Of a DNA stretch of 64,000 bases, positions 9,671 to 20,697 are shown piece after piece. Source of the DNA: Myxococcota bacterium (GTDB lineage: Bacteria > Myxococcota_A > UBA9042 > PHBI01 > JACKFB01); assembly GCA_051747385.1 (NCBI GenBank), contig JBNJGB010000031.1, positions 9,454 through 73,453 on the forward strand, read 5' to 3'. Made by a program: the position numbers and the translations under genes. Positions within the stretch are counted from its first letter, which is position 1, and each line of letters begins with the position of its first letter. Under the pieces are notes generated by a model. That model saw only the letters and a list, made by a program, of their open reading frames with translations, had not been told where the DNA came from and searched no databases.

Positions 9671-12600
9671 CTCACGAGCTCCTCGTAGTAGCGCTCGATG
9701 GCGTCGTGATAGCGCTCCGGCGCCCGCTCCTTCATATTCTCCAGGACCTCCTGGCGGAAGGCCTTCGGCGCCCGGTAGTCGTCCTCCTCCGGGATGGAGA
9801 CCTTCCGCCGCGGGTCGTTGACGCCGGGGCCTTCGCCATCGCCCTCCTGGCTCCGGGCGCGCTGCCGCCGCTCGTCCATGGACTCGCGGGCCTTCTTCAG
9901 CTGCTGGAGCGCCTCGCGCTGGTGCCGGGTCGCCCGCTCGGGCTCGTCCTCGCCGAGCCGCTGCCCGGCCTCCTTCATCTGCCGCCGGGCCTCTTCGAGC
10001 TGCGGCTCCAGGGCCTCCTTCGCCCCCGGGTCCATCTCCTCGAGCTCCTCCAGCTCCCCCTGGAGATCTCCGGCGCCCTCTCCGAGCTTCTGCTGGAGCC
10101 GCTGCAGCCTGCTCGCCTCGCGCTGCTCGCCGGCGCTGGGCGGCCGGTTCATGGCCTGCTCCAGCTTGTCCAGCTCCGAGGCCAGGTCGTCGGCCAGCTT
10201 CCCGCTCTTGCCGAGGCGCTTCATGGCGTCCTGCATGTCGTCCGCGCGCTCCATGTCCAGCTCGCGGGACTCGCCCTCGCCGATCTCGCTGCCGAGGCCG
10301 TCGCACTCGCCGGACATCTCCTTCGCCTGCTCCCGGGCGGGCTCCACGTCGCCGCGCTCCAGGGACTCCTCCATCTCGCGGGCCTTCTGGCGCAGCTCCT
10401 CCAGGGCCTCCTCGTCGGCGGGGTGCAGGGAGTCCTCGGACGCGCCCTCCAGCTCCTCGCGGATCTGCGCCGCCTTGTCGCGCGCCTCCTCCATGGCCTC
10501 ACGTGCCTTCTCCTCCATCTCCCGGCGGCGGCGCTCCTTCATGGACTCGTCCAGGGCCCCGGTCTCCTCGAGCACGCCCCGCTGGCCGTCCTCGATCTCC
10601 CGCTGCTTCTGCTGGAACTCGGCCATCTTCTCCTGGGCCTTCGAGGCCACCTGCCGGCCGCCGAAGTCGCTCTGGAGCCCGGCCATCATCTCCTGGGTCT
10701 CCCGGTTCAGCTCCTCCAGGAGCGCCATGGCCTCGTCCATCTTGCCCTGGCGGATGAGCTCGCGGACGCGCTCGACGCGCTCGCGGATCGACTCCATGTC
10801 GACCTCCTCGTCGCTGCGCTTCCGCTGGAGGTTCTGGTTCTCGTACGGCGTGCGCTCCGCCAGGCGCCCCATCTCCTGCTCCATCTGCCGGAGGCTGTCG
10901 AGCAGGTCGTCCAGCTTCCGCTCGGCGTCCCGGGCCAGGGTCTCGTCGCCGCCCTCCTTCATCTGCTCCAGGAGGCCCATGAGGTCGTTCTGGGCCTCCA
11001 TCAGGTCCCGCCCCTCGTCCAGGAGGCGCTCCTGGCGGCTGCGCTCCAGCTCCTGCTTGAGGGCCCAGACGCCGTCCTCCAGCTCCGTGACGCCCTCCTC
11101 GTTCACCGCGTGGAGCACCTGGGCGAGCTGGCGGGGCCGCCGCTCCATGCCCTGGCCCACCACGGCCTGACGGAGCTGCGAGGTCTCCTGGTCGTGGTGC
11201 GTCTGGAGCCCGTCGTAGGTCGTCCGCACGGTCTCGCGCAGGTCGTCGCTCGCCAGGGAGTCCGTGCTGACCGACGACAGGAGCTCCTCGAAGCTCGCCA
11301 GCATCTTCCCGTTCAGGCCCGAGACCTTCTGCTGCCAGGCCACGTACCGCGGGAGCTCCCCGGCGTCCGCCCGCTCCACGGGGCTCTCCAGGCGCTCGGC
11401 CAGGACGTCGATCATCTCGTCCACGAGGCGCTCCAGGTCCGCCAGGCGCTCCTCGTGCTCCGCGTCCGGGCTGTACATGGCGACGCGCCGGCGGGCCGAG
11501 CGCGACCGCCCCGGCCCCGTGACCGTGTTCAGGTCGGAGGCCTCGAACCAGACCTCCACGGCGTCGCCCGCCTCCAGGTCCAGGGGCTCCACGGCCAGGA
11601 CCTCGGTCCCCCGGGCCGTCCGCTCGCCGCTCGCCGAGCGCACCTCGCGCCGCTCGGGCTTGCGGCCGTCCCCGCGGTCCACGACCAGGTGGACGCGGTC
11701 GAGCCCGTGGTCGTCCGCCGCCTCGTACAGGAGCTGGACCCGGTCCTGCGGGTTCACCTCGACGTCCGTCTCCGGCAGGAGCAGGCGCACCTCGGGCGAC
11801 CGGTCCGGGCGGGACTCGATGCTGCGCCACCGGGTCTCCCGCACGAGGGTCCCGTCCGGCGCCGTCAGCAGGAAGCGATAGCGATCGGTCTTGCCCACGC
11901 GGAAGGCCCCGCGGACCACGCCCTCGTCCGAGAGCTCCACGGGCCAGCGCGACTCCGGGTCGCTCTCGAGCTGGAGCACGACCTGCTTCGCCGGGCGCAG
12001 GGTGGAGCCCGTGAAGCGGACCTCGGTGCCCGCCAGGGCCGAGAGATCCCCGCCCGAGCTGGGGATGTCGCGGGGCTGGAGGTCCAGGTACGCGGGATAG
12101 ACCAGGCGGAAGGCGAGGTCGCCCACCGCGACGTCCACCTCCTCCACCTGCTCGTCGCCGGTGGCCGCCGAGGCCGGGGGCCCCTCGAACATGTGCCGCC
12201 AGCCGTCCGTGAAGACGTCCGGCGACCAGACGCTGAGGGCCAGCGCCACCGCCGCGAGGCCCGCGCCGAGCTTGAAGAGCTGCAGGAGGCGGCCGCGATC
12301 GTCCAGGTCGGCGGGTTCGACCGCGTCGAGGCGCCGCGCGGCCCGGGTCGCCGTGACCCGCGCCAGCTCCGGGGAGAAACCGGGCCACTCGGAGTCGTCG
12401 CCGCGCTCCAGCACGCGCCCGGCCTGGACGCTCGTGATGATCGCCGAGTGGGATCCGCCCACGCGATCCTCGAGCCAGCGGGCCATCTCCTCGTCGGAGG
12501 CCCGGCGCCGGACGGGGCGCCACCACAGCCTCACGACGGCCCAGCCCGCCACCAGGGCGCCCACCGCGAACGGCACCCAGCCCCACCGGCCGTGCCCCTC

Positions 12601-12762
12601 GCCCAGGGCCGTGGCCAGGGCGGTCCCCACCAGCCCGGCGGTCACCAGCGCGATGATCGCCGTGAGGAGCGCCTCCCCCGCGGCGGTCCGATCCAGCCGG
12701 CGCCGTAGCTCCGCGAGGAAGTCGCGTACGCGTTGGAACGAGTCGCTGCTCACCCGGGTCAC
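9667..12762 (-). CDS. Large membrane-anchored coiled-coil protein, DUF4175-like
   Basis: Two N-terminal TM helices, 1031 aa, long E/R/Q-rich coiled-coil stretch; first gene of the MoxR operon as in myxobacterial Bat-like loci. Confidence 0.55.
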   Translation of the reverse strand: MTRVSSDSFQRVRDFLAELRRRLDRTAAGEALLTAIIALVTAGLVGTALATALGEGHGRWGWVPFAVGALVAGWAVVRLWWRPVRRRASDEEMARWLEDRVGGSHSAIITSVQAGRVLERGDDSEWPGFSPELARVTATRAARRLDAVEPADLDDRGRLLQLFKLGAGLAAVALALSVWSPDVFTDGWRHMFEGPPASAATGDEQVEEVDVAVGDLAFRLVYPAYLDLQPRDIPSSGGDLSALAGTEVRFTGSTLRPAKQVVLQLESDPESRWPVELSDEGVVRGAFRVGKTDRYRFLLTAPDGTLVRETRWRSIESRPDRSPEVRLLLPETDVEVNPQDRVQLLYEAADDHGLDRVHLVVDRGDGRKPERREVRSASGERTARGTEVLAVEPLDLEAGDAVEVWFEASDLNTVTGPGRSRSARRRVAMYSPDAEHEERLADLERLVDEMIDVLAERLESPVERADAGELPRYVAWQQKVSGLNGKMLASFEELLSSVSTDSLASDDLRETVRTTYDGLQTHHDQETSQLRQAVVGQGMERRPRQLAQVLHAVNEEGVTELEDGVWALKQELERSRQERLLDEGRDLMEAQNDLMGLLEQMKEGGDETLARDAERKLDDLLDSLRQMEQEMGRLAERTPYENQNLQRKRSDEEVDMESIRERVERVRELIRQGKMDEAMALLEELNRETQEMMAGLQSDFGGRQVASKAQEKMAEFQQKQREIEDGQRGVLEETGALDESMKERRRREMEEKAREAMEEARDKAAQIREELEGASEDSLHPADEEALEELRQKAREMEESLERGDVEPAREQAKEMSGECDGLGSEIGEGESRELDMERADDMQDAMKRLGKSGKLADDLASELDKLEQAMNRPPSAGEQREASRLQRLQQKLGEGAGDLQGELEELEEMDPGAKEALEPQLEEARRQMKEAGQRLGEDEPERATRHQREALQQLKKARESMDERRQRARSQEGDGEGPGVNDPRRKVSIPEEDDYRAPKAFRQEVLENMKERAPERYHDAIERYYEELVR

Positions 12763-12880
12763 ACCTGTCCTTCGTCCTCCGGCGACGGCACAACGCCCGG
12801 AGCCACACCATATTCCCCCGACGGGTCCGCATGATCGAGGGTCCCGGCCGCCGCGGTCAACCGTCGGCCGTCACTCTCGC

Positions 12881-12940
12881 TCCCACTCCCGTTCCCGTTC
12901 CCGCTCCCGTTCCCGTTCCCGCTTCCGTTCCCGTTCCCAA
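12881..12940. repeat. Hexanucleotide microsatellite (TCCCGT/TCCCGC)10, reverse complement of the GGGAAC motif
   Basis: Ten tandem hexamers in the divergent promoter region between the MoxR operon (start 12762) and the ECF sigma gene (13065). Confidence 0.9.
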
Positions 12941-13064
12941 ACGGCGCCGACGGCCCCGGTTGCCGCTACCCCCTGCGTGTGATGGGATACCGCCGGCCTC
13001 CCGCGGCGCGGGTTGAATACGCGGCGCCGTCGCGCGTCGGGACGAGTGACGTTGGAGAGACGTC

Positions 13065-13655
13065 TTGGAACACGCGGATGACGCCGAAATCGTGGAGAAG
13101 GTCGTGGCGGGCGACCACCGGGCCTTCCGGATCCTGGTGGAGCGCTACGAGCGCAAGGTCTACACCATCGCCTACGGGGTCCTCAGGAACGAGGACGCCG
13201 CGATGGACGCGACGCAGGACGCGTTCGTCAAGGTCTACAAGAACCTGCCGAGGTTCAAGGGTGACTCGAGCTTCTACACCTGGCTGTACCGGATCGTGGT
13301 GAACCTGTGCATCGACAAGAAGCGAAAGCAGAAGCGGGCGGCCGAGGTGGAGTACGAGGACACACGCTCCCACGGACTCGGCGAGGCCCCCACGGACGGC
13401 CCGACGCTGGCCTCCATCCACATCGACAACCCGGCGAAGGCCTACGCGCGGCAGGAGCTCCGCGAGCACATGGAGCAGGCCCTCGACGCCCTCAGCGACG
13501 CGCACCGGGAGATCCTGCTGCTGCGCGAGGTGGAGGGCCTGGCCTACGAGGACATCGCCGACACGCTGGACATCCCCAAGGGGACGGTCATGAGCCGCCT
13601 CTATCACGCACGAAAGAACTTCCAGAAGGCGCTGCGCCGCTACCTGGCCGCGTAG
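13065..13655 (+). CDS. ECF (sigma-70 family, RpoE-like) RNA polymerase sigma factor
   Basis: TTG start; region 2 (AFRILVERYERKVYTIAYGVLRNEDAAMDATQDAFVKVY) and region 4 (ILLLREVEGLAYEDIADTLDIPKGTVMSRL) are clear. Confidence 0.85.
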   Translation: MEHADDAEIVEKVVAGDHRAFRILVERYERKVYTIAYGVLRNEDAAMDATQDAFVKVYKNLPRFKGDSSFYTWLYRIVVNLCIDKKRKQKRAAEVEYEDTRSHGLGEAPTDGPTLASIHIDNPAKAYARQELREHMEQALDALSDAHREILLLREVEGLAYEDIADTLDIPKGTVMSRLYHARKNFQKALRRYLAA

Positions 13656-13713
13656 CCGGCAACGGGAGCGAGTTCCCGCATCGGGACTCCTCCTGATACA
13701 ATCGAGGAAGACA

Positions 13714-14397
13714 ATGAACTGTCAGGAAGTCCAGGATCTGCTGCACCCGTACCTCGACGACGAGCTCTCGCCGGAGGAGCACGCCCGCGTCGAGGCCGCC
13801 CTCGCGGACTGCCCGGACTGCCGCGAGGAGCTCCGCGAGATGGAGGCCGTCCGCGCCATGGCGCGCGAGGCCTTCGTCGGACCCGCGGAGCAGGCCGACC
13901 TCACGGGCGTCTTCGACGGCGTCATGGCCCGGCTGGAGGCGGAGGGTGCGCTCCGCACGGCCCCGGCGGGGGCCGCGGCGCCCGGCGCGGGGGCCGTGGA
14001 GCCCCGGGAGGGCCTCCTGGATCGCCTGTCCCGCTGGTTCGGGGCGCTGCTCACGCTCGAGCGACCCGTGGCCGCCCTGGCGACGGCGGCCGCGGTGGCG
14101 GCCCTGGTGGGCGGCGTCTGGTACCTCCAGCAGCAGGAGCAGCGCGCCGGCGCACCGGGTGTGCAGGTGGCCGAGGAGGAGCCTCCCGCCATGGAGCGCG
14201 AGCGCCCCTCCCTGCCGCGCCGGGGCATGGAGACGGAGGTCGCCGCCTCCGGACGCAACGCGGCCCAGGTGGAGGCCATCAGCGCCGACGCCGGCCAGGT
14301 CTTCGTGGACGACAACGCCGACGACCCGGACACGCCCATGGTCGTCTGGCACATCGTGGACGACAACGGCACCGAGGCGCCCGAGAAGGGGCTCTAG
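13714..14397 (+). CDS. Anti-sigma factor, zinc-finger (zf-HC2/ChrR-like) with TM segment
   Basis: N-terminal CQEVQDLLHPYLDDEL...CPDCREEL motif, central TM helix, directly downstream of the ECF sigma gene. Confidence 0.75.
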   Translation: MNCQEVQDLLHPYLDDELSPEEHARVEAALADCPDCREELREMEAVRAMAREAFVGPAEQADLTGVFDGVMARLEAEGALRTAPAGAAAPGAGAVEPREGLLDRLSRWFGALLTLERPVAALATAAAVAALVGGVWYLQQQEQRAGAPGVQVAEEEPPAMERERPSLPRRGMETEVAASGRNAAQVEAISADAGQVFVDDNADDPDTPMVVWHIVDDNGTEAPEKGL

Positions 14398-14426
14398 CTC
14401 GGCGCCCGAACCAAAGGAAGCACGCG

Positions 14427-14891
14427 ATGGTCACCGCCGCCCGCCACATCCCGCTGGTCCTCGTCCTGTCGCTCGGGGTCGCCCTGGCGGCGCCCCCGGC
14501 GCTGGCGGACGCGGGCGGGCAGGCCACCTTCGAGGTGACGGTGATCCACGCCAGCAAGAAGGACGGCGGCGTCGACCCGGCCCTGAAGGGCCTGTCGCGC
14601 TATCTCCGGAAGTCGTTTTCCGGCTACGACCGCTTCACGCGGCTCGCCCAGGAGCGGGTCCGGGTGGCGGAGGGCCGGTCCGGCGAGTTGGTGCTCCCGG
14701 ACGACAAGACCCTCGAGCTGAAGTTCCTCGGCGTGGAGGACGGCTTCGTGAAGGTGCACCTGGCCCTCGACGGCCTCGAGACCACCGTGAACGTGAAGGA
14801 CGGCGGGCTGTTCTTCCAGGCGGGGCGCCGCTACGAGGAGGGCATCCTGGTGCTCGCCATCCGCGCGACGACGGACTCCGAAGGCCGTTGA
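14427..14891 (+). CDS. Secreted hypothetical protein
   Basis: Signal peptide, 154 aa, in the sigma/anti-sigma operon. Confidence 0.45.
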   Translation: MVTAARHIPLVLVLSLGVALAAPPALADAGGQATFEVTVIHASKKDGGVDPALKGLSRYLRKSFSGYDRFTRLAQERVRVAEGRSGELVLPDDKTLELKFLGVEDGFVKVHLALDGLETTVNVKDGGLFFQAGRRYEEGILVLAIRATTDSEGR

Positions 14892-14949
14892 CACCGCCGC
14901 GCGCGCGAGTCTAACGTCCCCTCCGATTCCATCCACGAGGGAGACGTCC

Positions 14950-16134
14950 ATGCCGACCGCCTTCCGCCTGGCGCGCGGGCTGACGATCCTGGCGACGCTC
15001 GCCCTGGCCGTCGCCCCGGCCGCGCACGCCCAGCCGCCGACCGAAGACGCCCCGACGCCGCCACCCGGGGAGGGCGCCGAGGTGGACGAGGCCGCCAAGA
15101 AGAAGGCCTCGCAGTTCTACGAGGAGGCCGAGCGCCTTTTCGACCAGGAGCTCTACTCCGCCGCCGTCGAGAACTACCGGAAGGCCTACGACCTCTACCC
15201 GGCCCCGGCGATCCTCTACAACATCGCCAAGAGCTGGGAGCGCCTCGGGGACGCCGACCGCTGCGTGGAGGGCTACGAGGCCTACCTCGAGGCCTACCAG
15301 GAGGAGCACGGCGGGGATCCCCCGGACATCGTCGACGTCCGGAACAGCATCGCCAAGTGCCGCCTCGGCGCCAAGGTCCGCCTCCGGGTCGACTCGGAGC
15401 CCTCGGGGGCGGCCATCTATATCGACGACAAGACGCGGCAGGTCGGCCAGACCCCCTACACGACCCACCTCGACCCCGGCGACTACACCATCTGGCTCGA
15501 CAAGCAGGGCTACCAGCCCTTCGAGCGCGAGATCACCGTGCGGAGCGGCGAGCCCGTCGAGCTCGTCCTGCCGCTCGAGAAGATCCGCCACGTCGGCAAG
15601 ATCGTCGTCGACGCCAACATCCGCAAGGCGACCATCTTCATCGACGGGCAGCCCAAGGGGCTCACGCCCTACGACGAACCGATCGAGGTGGCAGCCGGGA
15701 CGCACCAGGTCAGGGTGAGCAAGGACGAGTACATCTCCGCGGACGAGGAGGTGACGGTGCCGGCGGACGAGACCCGGACGATGGAGGCGAACCTCTGGCT
15801 CCGGGATCCCCCGTCGAGCTGGAAGAAGCCCCTGGGCTGGACCTCCATCAGCCTCGGGGTGGTGATGGGCGCCGGCGGCTTCGTGGCCGGCCTCGAGGCG
15901 GACAAGCACTTCGCGGGCACCGACGACTTCGACAAGTGGGAGCGCTTCCAGACCATCGGCTACGGCGTGGGCGGTGGACTCGTCGGGGTGGGCGTCATCC
16001 TCCTCATCTGGGAGGCGGTGGACGTCAGACAGGTCAAGGAGTCCGACGAGCTGACCGAAGCCGAGCCTCGCTGGAGCCCGACCGTGGCCGTGGACGGACG
16101 CGGCGCCTTCGCCGGCGCCCGGGTCGATTTCTAG
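14950..16134 (+). CDS. PEGA domain protein with TPR-like N-terminal region and C-terminal TM
   Basis: Signal peptide; repeated PEGA-like segments (AAIYIDDKTRQVGQTP, ATIFIDGQPKGLTP); paralog at 23048. Confidence 0.65.
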   Translation: MPTAFRLARGLTILATLALAVAPAAHAQPPTEDAPTPPPGEGAEVDEAAKKKASQFYEEAERLFDQELYSAAVENYRKAYDLYPAPAILYNIAKSWERLGDADRCVEGYEAYLEAYQEEHGGDPPDIVDVRNSIAKCRLGAKVRLRVDSEPSGAAIYIDDKTRQVGQTPYTTHLDPGDYTIWLDKQGYQPFEREITVRSGEPVELVLPLEKIRHVGKIVVDANIRKATIFIDGQPKGLTPYDEPIEVAAGTHQVRVSKDEYISADEEVTVPADETRTMEANLWLRDPPSSWKKPLGWTSISLGVVMGAGGFVAGLEADKHFAGTDDFDKWERFQTIGYGVGGGLVGVGVILLIWEAVDVRQVKESDELTEAEPRWSPTVAVDGRGAFAGARVDF

Positions 16135-16143
16135 GAGCCTCTG

Positions 16144-17229
16144 ATGCGCATCGCCCTCATCCACCTCGTCGCCTTCGGCCTCTTCGCGAGCTGCGCCACC
16201 GGCATCACCCCGCCGGAGCCCACGGAGATGGTCGAGATCCGCGACGGGCTGACGTTCACGTTCGGGTCGGACGAGCCGTGCTCCTCGGACAGCCTCGCCT
16301 CGGATCCGTTCGACCCCTGCGAGGAGGGAGAGGGCACCCTCGTGCCCGAGACGGATCCGGCCGTCGAGGTGGCCCTGGAGCCCTTCGCCATCGACGAGCA
16401 CGAGGTCACGAACATCCAGTACGAATACTGCGTCGAGGCCGGGGGATGCCCGGAGCTTCCCGCCTTCAACGCCGTGGCGGCGGAGCAGCAGGAGTACTAC
16501 CGCATCGACGAGTTCGACGACTATCCGGTGGTCCAGGTGACCTGGGAGCAGGCGCGGGACTACTGCGCATTCGTCGGCAAGCGCCTGCCGACGGAGTTCG
16601 AGTGGGAGCGGGCGGCCAAGGGCAATCCCGACGAGGGCGTGCAGCGCGAGTGGCCCGCCGAGGGCCTCGACCGCCCGTCCGACTGCCAGGGCACGCAGTT
16701 CCCGTCCCTGTTCTGCCGGGGCGACAACAAGCTCGACCCGGTGGACGTGGCGCCGGCGGACTTCGTCACGGAGGGCGGGCAGCGCATCCACCACCTCTTC
16801 TCCAACGCCGCCGAGTGGGTCTCCAGCTGGTACAGCCCGGACGTGAACACCTGCAAGGAGCCGCTGCCGGACCCGGCGTGCGTCTCCTGCGCAGAGTGCG
16901 GGGACAACGACACGCAGTGCCAGCAGGACTGCCAGACCTGCACGGAGTGCCAGCAGGAGGGAGGCCCCCTCCCCTGCTTCATCGGCTGCGACGGCACGAC
17001 GCGGGACTATCCCGCGTGCGTGGCGTACACGGCCGCGGACCAGCCCCTGGCGCCGAGCGAGCTGGAGGCGACCCAGGACGACAGCGTGCGGGGGAAGATG
17101 ATCCGCGGCGGGAGCGTCACCACGACGAGCGCCCGCGCCTGCGAGTTCCGCAGCTCCAACCGGAACGTCTTCTGGCAGGTCGACCGCGGCCAGGCCTACG
17201 TCGGCTTCCGCTGCGCCAGGTCCCTGTAG
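16144..17229 (+). CDS. FGE-sulfatase (SUMF1/DUF323) family lipoprotein
   Basis: Lipobox LFASCATG; motifs KRLPTEFEWERAAKG, NAAEWVSSWY, RGGS...GFRCAR. Confidence 0.8.
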   Translation: MRIALIHLVAFGLFASCATGITPPEPTEMVEIRDGLTFTFGSDEPCSSDSLASDPFDPCEEGEGTLVPETDPAVEVALEPFAIDEHEVTNIQYEYCVEAGGCPELPAFNAVAAEQQEYYRIDEFDDYPVVQVTWEQARDYCAFVGKRLPTEFEWERAAKGNPDEGVQREWPAEGLDRPSDCQGTQFPSLFCRGDNKLDPVDVAPADFVTEGGQRIHHLFSNAAEWVSSWYSPDVNTCKEPLPDPACVSCAECGDNDTQCQQDCQTCTECQQEGGPLPCFIGCDGTTRDYPACVAYTAADQPLAPSELEATQDDSVRGKMIRGGSVTTTSARACEFRSSNRNVFWQVDRGQAYVGFRCARSL

Positions 17230-17421
17230 GAGCCCGGAAACGCCGGCGGGGACGCCGCCGCAGGTGGATCGGGAAGTGACCGCCGGGGGACGGCGTTCCT
17301 ACTGCATCTTCCCCGCGTTCTCCGCCCCTTCGCGGCGTGGCGCCTTGGCGCGAGCCCTTTGGAACCGGGAAGATGGGCGTGATCGACAGGCGACGACGCA
17401 GGCGCCCCACTCCGTGGGGGA

Positions 17422-19329
<1,908 letters not shown>

Positions 19330-19416
19330 CGCCGCGACTGTAGTCGTGGCCCGGGGGCCGGTCAACGCAGCGCCGATTGTGTTGATCCCGGGGTCACGGC
19401 TGCATAGCCTCGGCCT

Positions 19417-20697
19417 GTGATGAAGGGGAGCCAGGCCATCCGTGCGCTCGCGGCGGCGTCCGCGCTGCTCCTCGCCTGCTCGGGCGAGGAGGGCGAGGCC
19501 CCGTGCCGGGACGAGTCGTGCCCGGTGGACCAGACGTGCGTGGAGGGCGCCTGCCGGCCCATCGAGGTCCCCACGGCCACCGGCGAGCTGGGACAACACA
19601 CGCAGGTGGCCCTGCGGGACGACGGACGGATGGTCGTCGTCACCTGGGATCGGACCCACACGAACCTCGTGCTCGCCCTGGAGCGACCCGACGGCAGCCT
19701 GGACAAGCGCATCGTGGCCGGCTGGCGCTTCGACGACCACCAGCTCCTGGACACCCGCGCCGGGCGCTGGCCCTCGGTGGCGGTGGACGACCAGGACGTC
19801 GTCCACCTCGCCTGGCACGACGGCTTCGAGTCGGCCCTGAAGGTAGCGCGGCTGACGCCCGACGACGACCTGGCCGTGGAGACCGTCGACGGAGCCGGCG
19901 AGGCGGATCGCGGGACCTGGACCAGCCTGGCCGTGGCGCCCGACGGGACCGTCCACGTGGCCTATCGCGACGAGAGCGCCCGCCGCCTGCGCCACGCCGA
20001 GCGCACCCCGGACGGCACGTGGCACGTCGAGTCCGTGGACGGCTGCGCCGGGGAGGCCGACTGCCCCACGGGGGACGAGGACTACGGCGAGTGGGCCAGC
20101 CTCGCGCTCGTGGGCGGCGAGCCGCGCGTGGCCTTCTACGACCGCCTCCGCGGCGACCTGAAGATGGCCGCCCGGCAGGAGGACGGAACCTGGCAGGTCA
20201 CGACCCTGGACGGCCGCGACCCCTCGACCGGCATGGACACCGGAGACGTCGGGCGCTTCGCCAGCGTGGCGGTGGACCCGAAGAGCCGCCTGGGGGTCGC
20301 CTACTACGACGCCACCCGCGGCGCCCTCCGCTTCCTCTTCTCCGGCGGCGCGGAGCCGGCGCCGGTGGTGGTGGACGACGGCGTCTACCACGACGAGACG
20401 AGCGGCAGCCTCCGGAACCACCCCGTGGGGCAGCACGTGGCCCTGCGGTTCGACGGCCAGGAGCGCGCCCACATGGTCTACCTGGACGCCGGGCGGATCG
20501 CTCTGAAGCGCGCGATCGTCGAGGGCTCGAGCGTCGTGGAGCGGGTCGATCTGACCGATCTGCCCGCCGGGGGCTGGATCGACTTCCGCCTCACCCCCGA
20601 CGGTACGCTCCGCGGCGCGTGGGGCCCCTGGCAGGGCACGGGCGACCTTCGGACCCGGCTGGAGACCTTCCACCTCCCCCCGGAGGGTGCGCCGTGA
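19417..20697 (+). CDS. Lipoprotein with repeated beta-propeller-like blades, hypothetical
   Basis: Lipobox LLLACSG; about 5 repeats of the type 'GTWxVxxVDG...ASLAV..DG..HVAY'. Confidence 0.5.
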   Translation: MMKGSQAIRALAAASALLLACSGEEGEAPCRDESCPVDQTCVEGACRPIEVPTATGELGQHTQVALRDDGRMVVVTWDRTHTNLVLALERPDGSLDKRIVAGWRFDDHQLLDTRAGRWPSVAVDDQDVVHLAWHDGFESALKVARLTPDDDLAVETVDGAGEADRGTWTSLAVAPDGTVHVAYRDESARRLRHAERTPDGTWHVESVDGCAGEADCPTGDEDYGEWASLALVGGEPRVAFYDRLRGDLKMAARQEDGTWQVTTLDGRDPSTGMDTGDVGRFASVAVDPKSRLGVAYYDATRGALRFLFSGGAEPAPVVVDDGVYHDETSGSLRNHPVGQHVALRFDGQERAHMVYLDAGRIALKRAIVEGSSVVERVDLTDLPAGGWIDFRLTPDGTLRGAWGPWQGTGDLRTRLETFHLPPEGAP

